Source: Mobula hypostoma
Lineage: Eukaryota
DNA: 64,000 nt
Assembly: GCF_963921235.1 (NCBI RefSeq)
Contig: NC_086108.1
Span: 4,340,001 to 4,404,000, forward strand
Direction of reading: 5' to 3'
Shown here piece by piece: positions 51,901 to 61,200 of the stretch. The notes below the pieces were generated by a model. It saw only the letters and a list, made by a program, of their open reading frames with translations, was not told the DNA's origin and did not search any database. A program made the translations under genes and the position numbers. How positions within the stretch are numbered: the first letter of the stretch is position 1; the number at the start of each line of letters is the position of its first letter.

Positions 51901-53060
51901 TTCTTCCCTTCCCTCGGCTGGCAGCTGTACGGCTACTTCACTCCAACACAAGAAACAATCCCGTTAACCGGATGCCAGAGGGAAGCCAGACGTGCCAGTG
52001 TTAACTCTGGGGCAGCAGGAAGAGCAGGAAGCCGGGTGAATCACTACAGGAAGACCCGGGTGCCAGAATTTACTTTGGGGCAGCAGGAAGCCAGGAGACC
52101 AGCCTGGTGCTCAACCACCACAGAGAGCCAGGTTATTAAAGCCCGGAGACCAGCCCGGTGTCCAGAGTGGGAGACAGGGATTCTCTCCCTCAAATGTAAC
52201 ACAGACACAAAATAGGGGAGGGGGGGACTCAGCAGGTCAGGCTGCATCTGGGGAAATGAATAAACAGTCGACATTTTGGGCTGATATTCTTCATCTGGAC
52301 TGGAAAGGAAGAAGGAAGATGCCAGAATAAAAAGTGGGGCAGGGAAGGAGATTCCCAACCTGGGGTCCTTGGACTCTATGCTGAATGGCATAAGAAAGGT
52401 TGGGAAGCCTTGAACCAGGAGGTGAGGGTTGAGCCCGGGAGAGGGGTGAGCCCAGGTGATGGGTGCGCTAGAAGGTGATGGGTGAGCCTGGGAGAGGGGT
52501 GAGCCCAGGTGATGGGTGAGCCTGGGAGAGGGGTGAGCCTGGGTTAGGGGTGGGCCCGAAGGTGAAGGGGGAGCCCGGGAGAGGGGGGGAAGGCGGGTGG
52601 TTGGGGGAAGGGGGGAATGAAGTAAGAAACTGGGAGGTGAGGGGCTAAAGAGGAAAGAATCTGATAGGAGAGGGAAGAAAGGGATGGAGGGGAGGACGGG
52701 GTGGGGGAAAGAAAAGATGCGAGGAGAAGGGGTTAGAGACGAGGTGGGGAATAGAGGGTGGGGGAAAGCGGAAAGATTACCGGAAGTTAGAGAAATCGAT
52801 GTTCATGTAACCGGGTTGGCGGCTGCCTAGACGGAATGTAGCCAAGTCGGGGGTCAGCCGCCACCCCTCGGGATACAATGTACCGAGGGACATTGCAACA
52901 TCTCCCTTAGCGATCCCCGCCAGCGACGCCGACCGGAGGACACTCTCTCCCCCGTCACTACGCCCTCTGCAACAATATTTACCAGCAGCTCCTCATTCTC
53001 GTCCAGCAGCAGGAAACTTTTGGCCCGATCTTTCCGCTGCTCGTCGCCCAGCTCCCCCAT
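18713..53060 (-). CDS. ZFYVE1: ZFYVE1/DFCP1-like gene, 11 coding exons, 640 aa predicted (P-loop NTPase domain + 2 FYVE domains)
   Basis: Exons 53060-52983, 48014-47510, 41804-41587, 40863-40757, 39363-39255, 34432-34335, 33820-33703, 32282-32112, 30371-30191, 27288-27184 and 18945-18713 join in frame through GT-AG sites (1923 nt). The peptide is colinear with ZFYVE1 as I recall it ([72 protein letters not shown]). Ortholog versus paralog is not resolved. Confidence 0.93.
19033..21585 (-). mobile_element. CR1 LINE, 5'-truncated, with an uninterrupted ~830-codon ORF2 portion (partial APE + RT)
   Basis: ORF 19107-21608 has [32 protein letters not shown] and FADDTK; an ATAGAAAC tail lies at ~19033-19050. 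Confidence 0.95.
21720..22092 (+). mobile_element. Degenerate Rex1/Babar fragment hosting 95-bp array 2
   Basis: Similar to the Rex/Babar ORF end (..[14 protein letters not shown].. and ..[11 protein letters not shown]) leading into the array. Confidence 0.7.
22093..22655 (+). repeat. 95-bp tandem array (~6 copies)
   Basis: Same unit as 13457-15159. Confidence 0.97.
23754..24789 (+). repeat. 95-bp tandem array (~11 copies)
   Basis: Same unit, with minor variants (CCCCTCAACC, GGAAAACT). Confidence 0.97.
26812..27020. mobile_element. Mini inverted Penelope terminal-repeat pair with hammerhead motif
   Basis: The minus strand at 26870-26905 reads AGTCCTGACGAAGGGTCTCAGCCCGAAACGTCAACT; an inverted partial copy lies at ~26957-27018. 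Confidence 0.7.
27184..27288 (-). CDS. ZFYVE1: ZFYVE1-like exon 10 (inter-FYVE linker)
   Basis: Acceptor CCACAG and donor GTATGT. Encodes [34 protein letters not shown]; 105 nt. Confidence 0.9.
27439..27627 (+). repeat. 95-bp unit, 2 copies
   Basis: Same unit, followed by the Rex/Babar 3'UTR CTCTGAACTGATTCCACAACC. Confidence 0.95.
30191..30371 (-). CDS. ZFYVE1: ZFYVE1-like exon 9, FYVE domain 1
   Basis: Acceptor CCGCAG and donor GTAACA. Encodes [53 protein letters not shown]; 181 nt. Confidence 0.94.
31235..31500. repeat. ~67-70-bp tandem array (4 copies) derived from the CR1 3' region
   Basis: Unit GGCAGTGTGGTCCACACACCCACCACTCCGGGTGTAAAAACCTACCTCTGACATCTT(C)n, similar to the reverse complement of the CR1 [16 protein letters not shown] region. 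Confidence 0.85.
31631..31980. repeat. 39-bp minisatellite, 9 copies, in intron 8
   Basis: Unit ATTGTACCTGCAGGAGAGGGAAGGAGGCAGGGCGGGGAT starts at 31631, 31670 ... 31943. Confidence 0.97.
32112..32282 (-). CDS. ZFYVE1: ZFYVE1-like exon 8
   Basis: Acceptor TTGCAG and donor GTGAGT. Encodes [19 protein letters not shown]...[18 protein letters not shown]; 171 nt. Confidence 0.93.
32370..32592 (+). mobile_element. Tc1/mariner transposon remnant (left TIR + HTH start)
   Basis: TIR-like end ACTCAGTGGCCACTTTATTAGG and peptide [17 protein letters not shown]; a complementary TIR-like piece lies at ~31590-31620. Confidence 0.65.
32950..33495 (+). mobile_element. CR1 LINE 3' fragment
   Basis: Encodes [20 protein letters not shown] / [22 protein letters not shown], with a frameshift in a G-run. 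Confidence 0.9.
33703..33820 (-). CDS. ZFYVE1: ZFYVE1-like exon 7
   Basis: Acceptor GCATAG and donor GTGAGT. Encodes [39 protein letters not shown]; 118 nt. Confidence 0.94.
34335..34432 (-). CDS. ZFYVE1: ZFYVE1-like exon 6
   Basis: Acceptor ACCCAG and donor GTGAGT. Encodes [32 protein letters not shown]; 98 nt. Confidence 0.93.
35130..37070 (-). mobile_element. Degenerate CR1 LINE
   Basis: Fragments of ORF2 ([35 protein letters not shown]) with many disruptions. Confidence 0.85.
39255..39363 (-). CDS. ZFYVE1: ZFYVE1-like exon 5
   Basis: Acceptor TTGCAG and donor GTGGGT. Encodes [36 protein letters not shown]; 109 nt. Confidence 0.93.
39470..39872 (+). mobile_element. RTE-derived non-autonomous element
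   Basis: The 5' part (GCCTTGTCGT..GTGGTCCACTGG) resembles RTE/BovB 5'UTRs; the 3' end has GATGGAGGACCTTC and an (AAGT)n tail. It is inserted into a CR1 3' fragment. Confidence 0.5.
40757..40863 (-). CDS. ZFYVE1: ZFYVE1-like exon 4
   Basis: Acceptor TTCCAG and donor GTGAGT. Encodes [35 protein letters not shown]; 107 nt; not in the ORF track. Confidence 0.93.
41587..41804 (-). CDS. ZFYVE1: ZFYVE1-like exon 3
   Basis: Acceptor CCCGCAG and donor GTAATT. Encodes [16 protein letters not shown]...[25 protein letters not shown]; 218 nt. Confidence 0.93.
42001..45920 (-). mobile_element. Near full-length CR1 LINE (esterase ORF1 + APE/RT ORF2 with one frameshift)
   Basis: ORF 45189-45992 has [19 protein letters not shown] (SGNH esterase); 43604-45118 is APE and 42074-43597 is RT (FADD). 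ATAGAAAC tail at 42001; candidate TSD TAACA at 41996-42000 and 45921-45925. Confidence 0.93.
46585..46863 (-). mobile_element. tRNA-derived V-SINE inserted in a CR1 fragment
   Basis: A box TGGTGTAGTG, B box GGTTCAATTCC and V-domain GTGGGTTTCCTCTGGGTGCTCTGGTTTCCTCCCACAGTCCAAAGACG. Related copies lie at ~30870-31040, ~40990-41180, ~45950-46140 and ~48540-48740. Confidence 0.8.
47510..48014 (-). CDS. ZFYVE1: ZFYVE1-like exon 2, P-loop NTPase core
   Basis: Acceptor GGGCAG and donor GTAAGT. Encodes GNTGDGKS (Walker A), DTEG and [10 protein letters not shown]; 505 nt, ends phase 1. Confidence 0.95.
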
Positions 53061-53340
53061 TTCCCCAAGGACAAGCCCCCTTCTGGGTGGGGGCCTGGTC
53101 TGCTCCGGCGGGGAACCGCGCAGCTCCGAGCTCCCTCCAGCCCGCAGAGCGGAGACCGGAGACGGCGGTCTCTCGGATGGGCGAAGCCCGGCAACAAGGC
53201 AGCACGCCAGCGAATCAGCCCGCCTCGCCGTGTCATATGACAGGGCCACCGCACCGCTCCGCTCCGCTCCGTCCCTGGAGGCTGGCGAACGCCTGCGGAA
53301 GCCGGCTCTGGATCAGGTTAAAAATCACCGGCGTACGTCG
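52850..53340 (-). promoter_or_regulatory. CpG-island-like promoter / first-exon region of the ZFYVE1-like gene
   Basis: Locally GC- and CpG-rich against a CpG-poor background, with an ETS-like GCGGAAGC motif near 53295. It surrounds the first coding exon. Confidence 0.6.
52983..53060 (-). CDS. ZFYVE1: ZFYVE1-like coding exon 1 ([26 protein letters not shown])
   Basis: ATG at 53060 and donor GTAAAT at 52982, phase 0. Matches the SFLLVDENEEIQ segment of ZFYVE1. The start codon is inferred. Confidence 0.8.
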
Positions 53341-53829
53341 TGAAATTTGTTGTTATGCGGCGGCAGTACTTTGTCATGCATAATAAAAACAGTAAATTAC
53401 AGTAAGAGATTTAAAAGAGAAAATAAATAAGTATTGCAAAAAGGGAGAGATAAAAGTAGTGAGGTAATCGGCTGTTTACTGTTTTCCATAGACGCTGAGT
53501 TCCCCCGGCTTTATGTGTGTGTTGCTCTGGATTGCCAGCATGTGCAGAGTTTGTCGTGTTGGTGAGGTAGTGTTCAAGGGTTCAATGACCATTTAGGAAT
53601 CTGATGGCAGAGGGGAAGAAGCTGTTCCTGAATCGCCGAGTGTGTGTCTTCAGACTCCTGTACCTCCTCCCCGACAGTAGCATTGAGAAGAGAGCATGTC
53701 CTGGGTGATGGGGGTCATTAATGGCGGTCCTTAATGATGGACAGTCCCTTCTTAGGGCATCGCACCTTGAAGATGCCCTGGAGGCTTGGGAGACTAGTGT
53801 CCTTGAAGATCTGAAGTTTATTTTGATCG

Positions 53830-54737
53830 TAAGCACAAAATAATCTGCAGATTCTGGGGTCAAAGCAACACTCACAACACACTGGAGGAACTCAACAGGT
53901 CGGGCAGTATCCGTGGAAATGATCAGACAACATTTCGGGCCAGAACCCTTCGTCAGGACTGCAGAGGGAGGGGGCAGAGGCCCTATAAAGAAGGTGGGGA
54001 GGGTGGGAAGGAGAAGGCTGGTAGGTTCCAGGTGAAAAACCAGTAAGGGGAAAGATAAAGGGGTGGGAGAGGGGAAGCAGGGAGGTGATAGGCAGGAAAG
54101 GTGAAGAAAGAATAGGGGAAAACACTATGGGTAGTAGAAGGAGGCGGAACCATGAGGGAGGTGGTAGGCAGCTGGGGGAGGGGGCAGAGTGAAATAGGGA
54201 TAGGTGAAGGGAGGGGGAGGGAATTACCGGAAGTTGGAGAATTCTATGTTCATACCAAGGGGCTGGAGACTACCTAGACGGTATATGAGGTGTTGCTCCT
54301 CCAACCAAGCAACACCTCATATACCGTCTAGGTAGTCTCCAGCCCCTTGGTATGAACATCGAATTCTCCAACTTCCGGTAATTTCCTCCCCCTCCCTTCC
54401 CTATCCCTATATCACTCTGCTCCCTCCCCCAGCTGCCTATCACCTCCCTCATGGTTCCGCCTCCTTCTACTACCCATAGTGTTTTCCCCTATTCCTTCTT
54501 CACCTTTCCTGCCTATCCCCTCCCTGCTTCCTCTCCCCCACCTCTTTATCTTTCCCCTTACTGGTTTTTCACCTGGAACCTACCAGCCTTCTCCTTCCCA
54601 CCCTCCCCCCACCTTCTTTATAGGGCCTCTGCCCCTTCCCTCTTCAGTCCTGACGAAGGGTTCTGGCCCGAAACGTCGACTGATCTTTTCCGCGGATGCT
54701 GCCCGACCTGCTGAGTTCCTCCAGCGTGTTGTGAGTG
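53830..54737. mobile_element. Penelope-like element as an inverted pair (~430-bp arms, 10-nt spacer)
   Basis: 53869-54297 is the reverse complement of 54308-54737, and each arm carries a hammerhead-type motif. Confidence 0.82.
54644..54683 (+). ncRNA. Minimal type I hammerhead ribozyme motif
   Basis: TCAGTC-CTGACGA-AGGGTTCTGGCCC-GAAAC-GTC-GACTGA: 6-bp stem I, GGG/CCC stem II, palindromic ACGT stem III and a GUC site. Confidence 0.75.
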
Positions 54738-55234
54738 AAGTTTATTTTGATGCTGTGCAGTGCCCCACCCCCATACCAGACAGTATGGTAGCCAGTTAGG
54801 ATGCTCTCTGCAGTACATCTGTAGACATTTGTGAGCGTCATTGGTGACAAACCAAATCTCCACAAAATCCTGGTGAAACAGCTGCGTGTTGTGCCTTCTT
54901 TGTAGCTGCAGTGATATGTTAGGTCCAGGACAGATCCTCAGAGATGTTGAAACCCAGAAACTAGAAAACGCTCACTCTTTTCACCCCTGTGATTTGGCGT
55001 CAACTGTAGGCAAGACGAAGACCAGGTGGGGGAAGTCCAGGAGCACTTCTGGCTCCGTTTACCCTCATACATTGCGGTCAGTCTGATGAACCCACCCTCA
55101 CAGCGACAAGTCACACAGTCACAGAACAATACCTCACCAATATAGATCCTTCTGCCCAACAAGTTCATGCCAGCCGTGGTACCCACTCAGCTAGTCACTA
55201 TTTCCTCGTTAGGACCATATCCCTCTAAGACCCG

Positions 55235-58200
55235 CCCCTTCATCTACCGATCCCAGTGTTGTCCCACTCCTTCATCTACCGATCCTAGTGTTGTCCCAGT
55301 CCTTCATCTCCCGATCCTAGTGTTGTCCCACTCCGTCATCTCCCGATCCTAGTGTTGTCCCACTCCTTCATCTCCTGATCCTAGTGTTGTCCCACACATT
55401 CATCGAACGAGCCTAGTGTTGTCCCACTCCTTCATCTCCCGATCCTAGTGTTGTCCCACTCCTTCATCTCCCGAACCTAGTGTTGTCCCACTCCTTCATC
55501 TCCCGAACCTAGTGTTGTCCCACTCCTTCATCTACCGATCCTGGTGTTGTCCCACTCCGTCATCTCCCAATCCTAATGTTGCCCTCTCCTTCATCTCCCG
55601 ATCCTACTGTTGTCCCACTCCTTCATCGCCCAATCCGAGTCTTGTCCTACTCCTTCATCTACCGATCCTGGTGTTGTCCCTCTCCTTCATCTACCGATCC
55701 TAGTGTTGTCCCACTCCTTCATCTACCGATCCTAGTGTTGTCCCACTCCTTCATCTAGTGACTCTAGTGTTGCCCCACTGACCGTTCCTAGTGTTGTCCC
55801 ACTCTGTCATCTGCATATCCCAGTATTGTCCCACTCCTTCATCTCCCGATCCTAGTGTTGTCCCACTCCTTCATCTCCCGATCCTAGTGTTGTCCCACTC
55901 GTTCATCTACATATCCTAGTGTTGTCCCACTCGTTCATCTACCGGTCCTACTGTTGTCCCACTCCTTCATCTACCGGTCCTAGTGTTGTCCCACTCGTTC
56001 ATCTACCGGTCCTAGTGTTGTCCCACTCCTTCATCTCCCGATCCGAGTGTTGTCCCACTCCTTCATCTACCGGCCCTAATGTTGTCCCACTCCGTCATCT
56101 ACCGGTCCTGCTGTTGTCACACTCGGTCATCTACCTGTCCTTGTTTTGTCCCGTTGACCGGTCCCAGTGTTGTCCCACTCCTTCATCTACCGATCCTAGT
56201 GTTGTCCCACTCCTTCTCTACCGATCCTAGTGTTGTCCCACTCTGTCATCTGCATATCCCAGTATTGTCCCACTCCTTCATCTCCCGATCCTAGTGTTGT
56301 CCCACTCGTTCATCTACATATCCTAGTGTTGTCCCACTCGTTCATCTACATATCCTAGTGTTGTCCCACTCATTCATCTCCCGATCCTAGTGTTGTCCCA
56401 CTCCTTCATCTACCGGTCCTAGTGTTGTCCCACTCCGTCATCGACCGATCCTAGTGTTGTCCCACTCCTTCATCGACCTATCCAAGTGTTCTCCCACTCC
56501 TTCATCCAGCGACCCCAGGTAGTCCCACTCCTTCATCTCCCTAACTTAGTGTTCTCCCACTCCTTCATCTCACGATCCGGGTGTTGTCCCACTGCTTCAT
56601 CTACCGATCCTGGTGTTGTCCTACTCCTTCATCAACCTGTCCTAGTTGTTTTCCACTCCTTCATCTACAGATCTTATTGTTGTCCCACTCCTTCATCTAC
56701 CGATCTTAGTGCTGTCACACTCCTTCATCTACTGATCCTAGTGGTTTCCCACTCCTTCATCTCCCGATGCTAGTGTTGTCCCACTCCGCCATCTACCCAT
56801 CGTAGTGTTGTCCTACTTCTTCATCTACTTATCCTAGTGTTGTCCCACTCCTTCATCTAACTATCCTAGCGTTGTCCCACTGCTTCATCTCCCGATCCGG
56901 ATGTTGTCCCAGTGTTACAACGACCGATCCTGGTGTTGTCCCACTCCTTCATCTACCTATCCTAGTGTTGTCACACTCAGTCATCTACCGGTCCCAGTAT
57001 TGTCCCACTGACCGGTCCTAGTGTTGTCACATTCCTTCATCTACCGATTCTGGTGTTGTCACACTCCGTCATCTACATATCCGAGTGTTGTCACACTCCG
57101 TCATCTACATATCCTAGTGGTGTCCCACTCATTCATCTCCCGATCCTGGTGTTGTCCCACTCCTTCATCTACATATCCGAGTGTTGTCACACCCCGTCAT
57201 CTACTGGTCGTAGTGTTGTCCCACTGACCGGTCCTAGTGTTGTCCCACTCCGTCATCTACATATCCTAGTGGTGTCCCACTCATTCATCTCCCGATCCTA
57301 ATGTTGTCCCACTCCTTCATCTAACTATCCTAGTTTTGTCTCACTGCTTCAACTCCCGATCCGGGTGTTGTCCCACTGCTTCATCTCCCGAACCTAGTGT
57401 TGTCCAACTCCTTTATCAACCGATCCAAGTGTTGTCCCACTCCTTCATGTACCGATCCTATTGTTGTCCCACTCCTTCATCTACCACCCCAACTGTTGTC
57501 CCTCTCCTTCAACTATCTATCCTAGTGTTGTCCCACTCCTTCATCTACCGATCCTGGTGTTGTCCCACTCCTTCATCTACCGATCCTAGTGTTGTCCCAC
57601 TCCTTCATCTACCGATCCTAGTGTTGTCCCATTCCTTCATCTACCGATCCGAGTGTTGTCCCACTCCTTCGTCTACTGATCCTAGTCTTGTCCCACTTCT
57701 TCATCTACCTTTTCTAATGTCCCACTCCTTCATCGACCGATCCTAATGTTGTCCCACTTCTTCATCTACCGGTCCAAGTATTGTCCCACTGACCGATCCT
57801 AGTGTTGTCCCACTCCTTTATCTACCGAGCCTAGTGTTGTCCCACTCCGACATCTACCGACCCAACTGTTGTCCCACTCCTTCATCTACCCATCCTCGTG
57901 TTGTCCCACTCCTTCATCTAACTATCCTAGCGTTGTCCCACTCCTTCATCTCCCGAAGCTAGTGTTGTCCCACTCCGTCATCTACCTATAGTAGTGTTGC
58001 CCTACTTCTTCATCTACTTATCCTACTGTTGTCCCACTCCTTCATCTAACTATCCTAGCGTTGTCCCACTGCTTCATCTACCGATCCGGGTGTTGTCCCA
58101 CTGCTTCATCTACCGATCCTGGTGTTGTCCCACTCCTTCATCTACCGATCCGAGTGTTGTCCCACTCCTTCATCTACCGATCCTGGTGTTGTACCACTCC

Positions 58201-61200
58201 TTCATCTACCGGTCGTAGTGTTGTCCCACTCCGTCATCTATATATCCCAGTGGTGTCCCACTCATTCATCTCCCGATCCTAATGTTGTCCCACTCCTTCA
58301 TCTAACTATCCTAGTTTTGTCTCACTGCTTCAACTCCCGATCCGGGTGTTGTCCCACTGCTTCATCTACCGATCCTAGTGTTGTCCCACTCCTTCATCTC
58401 CCGATCCAAGTGTTGTCCCACTCCTTCATCTACCGATCCTAGTGTTGTCCCACTCCTTCATCTACCGATCCAAGTGTTGTCCCACTCCTTCATCTACCGA
58501 TCCTAGTGTTGTCCCACTCCTTTATCTACCGATCCTGGTGTTGTCCCTCTCCTTCATCTACCGATCCGAGTGTTGTCCCACTCCTGCATCAACCGATACT
58601 AGTGTTCTCCCACTGCTTCATCAACCGATCCTAGTGTTGTCCCACTCCTTCATCAACCGATCCTAGTGTTGTCCCACTGTTTCATCTACCTATCCTAGTG
58701 TTGTCCGTCTCCTTCATCTATCTATCCTAGCATTGTCCCACTGCTTCATCTCCCGATCTGGGTGTTGTCCCACTGTTTCAACGACCGATCCTGGTGTTGT
58801 CCCACTCCATCATCTACCGATCCTGGTGTTGTCCCACTCCTTCATCTACTGATCCTAGTGTTGTCCCACTGCTTCATCTACCAATCCTCGTGTTGTCCCA
58901 CTCCTTCATCTCCCGATGCTAGTGTTGTCCCACTCTGTCTTCTACCCATCCTAGTGTTGTCCCACTTTTTCATCTACCTATCCAAGTGTAGTCGCACTCC
59001 TTCATCTACTGATCCTAGTGTTGTCCCACTCCTTCATCTACTGATCCTAGTCTTGTCCCACTTCTTCATCTACCTTTTCTAATGTTGTCCCACTCCTTCA
59101 TCTCCTGATCCTAGTGTTGTCCCTCTCCTTCATCTACCAACCCTAGTGTTGTCCCACTCCGTCATCTACCGACCCAACTGTTGTCCCACTCCTTCAACTA
59201 CCCATCCTAGTGTTGTCCCACTTCTTCATCCTTATCCTCCCACTCCTTCATCTAACTATCCTAGCGTTGTCCCACTGCATCATCTCCCGATCTGGGTGTT
59301 GTCCCACTGTTTCAACGACCGATCCTGGTGTTGTCCCACTTCTTCATCTACCGGTCCTAGTGGTGTCACACTCCGTCACCTACCGGTCGTAGTGTTGTCC
59401 CACTCCGTCATCTATATATCCCAGTGTTGTCCCACTCATTCATCTCCCGATCCTAATGTTGTCCCACTCCTTCATCTAACTGTCCTAGTTTTTTCGCACT
59501 GCTTCAACTCCCGATCCGGGTGTTGTCCCACTGCTTCATCTACCGATCCTGGTGTTGTTCCACAACTTCATCTACCGAACCTAGTGTTGTCCCACTCCTT
59601 TATCTCCCGATCCGAGTGTTGTCCCACTCCGTCATCTACCGACCCAACTGTTGTCCCACTCCTTCATCTACCCATCCTAGTGTTGTCCCACTTCTTCATC
59701 TACTTATCCTAGTGTTGTCCCACTCCTTCATCTAACTATCCTAGCGTTGTCCCACTGCTTCATCTCCCGATCTGGGTGTTGTCCCACTGTTTCAACGACC
59801 GATCCTGTTGTTGTCCCACTCCTTCATCTACCGGTCCTAGTGGTGTCACACTCCGTCACCTACCGGTCCCAGTGTTGTCCCATTCCTTCATCTACCGATC
59901 CGAGTGTTGTCCCACTCCTTCATCTACCGATCCTGGTGTTGTCCCACTACTTCATCTACCGATCCTAGTGTTGTCCCACTCCTTCATCTACCAATCCTTG
60001 TGTTGTCCCACTCCTTCATCTCCCTATCTTACTGTTGTCCCACTCCTTCATCTCCCGATCGTAGTGTTGTCCCACTCCTTCATCAACCGATCCTAATGTT
60101 GTCCCACTCCTTCATCTACCGATCCTGGTGTTGTCCCACTCCTTCATCGACCTATCCTCGTGTTGTCCCACTCCTTCATCTACCGATCCTAGTGTTGTCC
60201 CACTGCTTTATCTACCGATCCAAGTGTTGTCCCACTCCTTCATCGACCGATCCTAGTGTTGTCCCACTCCTTCATCTCCCGATGCTAGTGTTGTCCCACT
60301 CTGTCATCTACCCATCCTAGTGTTGTCCTACTTCTTCATCTACTTATCCTAGTGTTGTCCCACTCCTTCATCTAACTATACTAGTGTTGTCCCACAGCAT
60401 CATCTCCCGATCCGGGTGTTGTCCCACTGTTTCAACGACCGATCCTGGTGTTGTCCCACTCCTTCGTTGACCTATCCTCGTGTTGTCCCACTCATTCATT
60501 GACTGATCCTAGTGTTGTCCCACTGCTTTATCTACCAATCCTCGTGTTGTCCCACTCCTTCATCTCCCGATGCTAGTGTTGTCCCACTCCTTCATCTACC
60601 GATCCTAGTGTTGTCCCACTCCTTCATCTACCGATGCTAGTGTTGTCCCACTCTGTCTTCTACCCATCCTAGTGTTGTCCCACTTTTTCATCTACCTATC
60701 CTAGTGTTGTCCGTCTCCTTCATCTATCTATCCTAGCGTTGTCCCACTGCTTCATCTCCCGATCTGGGTGTTGTCCCACTGTTTCAACGACCGATCCTGG
60801 TGTTGTCCCACTCCATCATCTACCGATCCTGGTGTTGTCCCACTCCTTCATCTCCCGATCTGGGTGTTGTCCCACTGTTTCAACGACCGATCCTGGTGTT
60901 GTCCCACTCCATCATCTACCGATCCTGGTGTTGTCCCACTCCTTCATCTACCGATCCTGGTGTTGTCCCACTCCATCATCTACCGATCCTGGTGTTGTCC
61001 CACTCCATCATCTACCGATCCTAGTGTTGTCCCACTCCATCATCTACCGATCCTGGTGTTGTCCCACTCCATCATCTACCGATCCTGGTGTTGTCCCAAT
61101 CCTTCATCTACCAACCCTAGTGTTGTCCCTCTCCTTCATCTACCAACCCTAGTGTTGTCCCACTTCTTCATCTACTTATCCTAGTGTTGTCCCACTCCTT

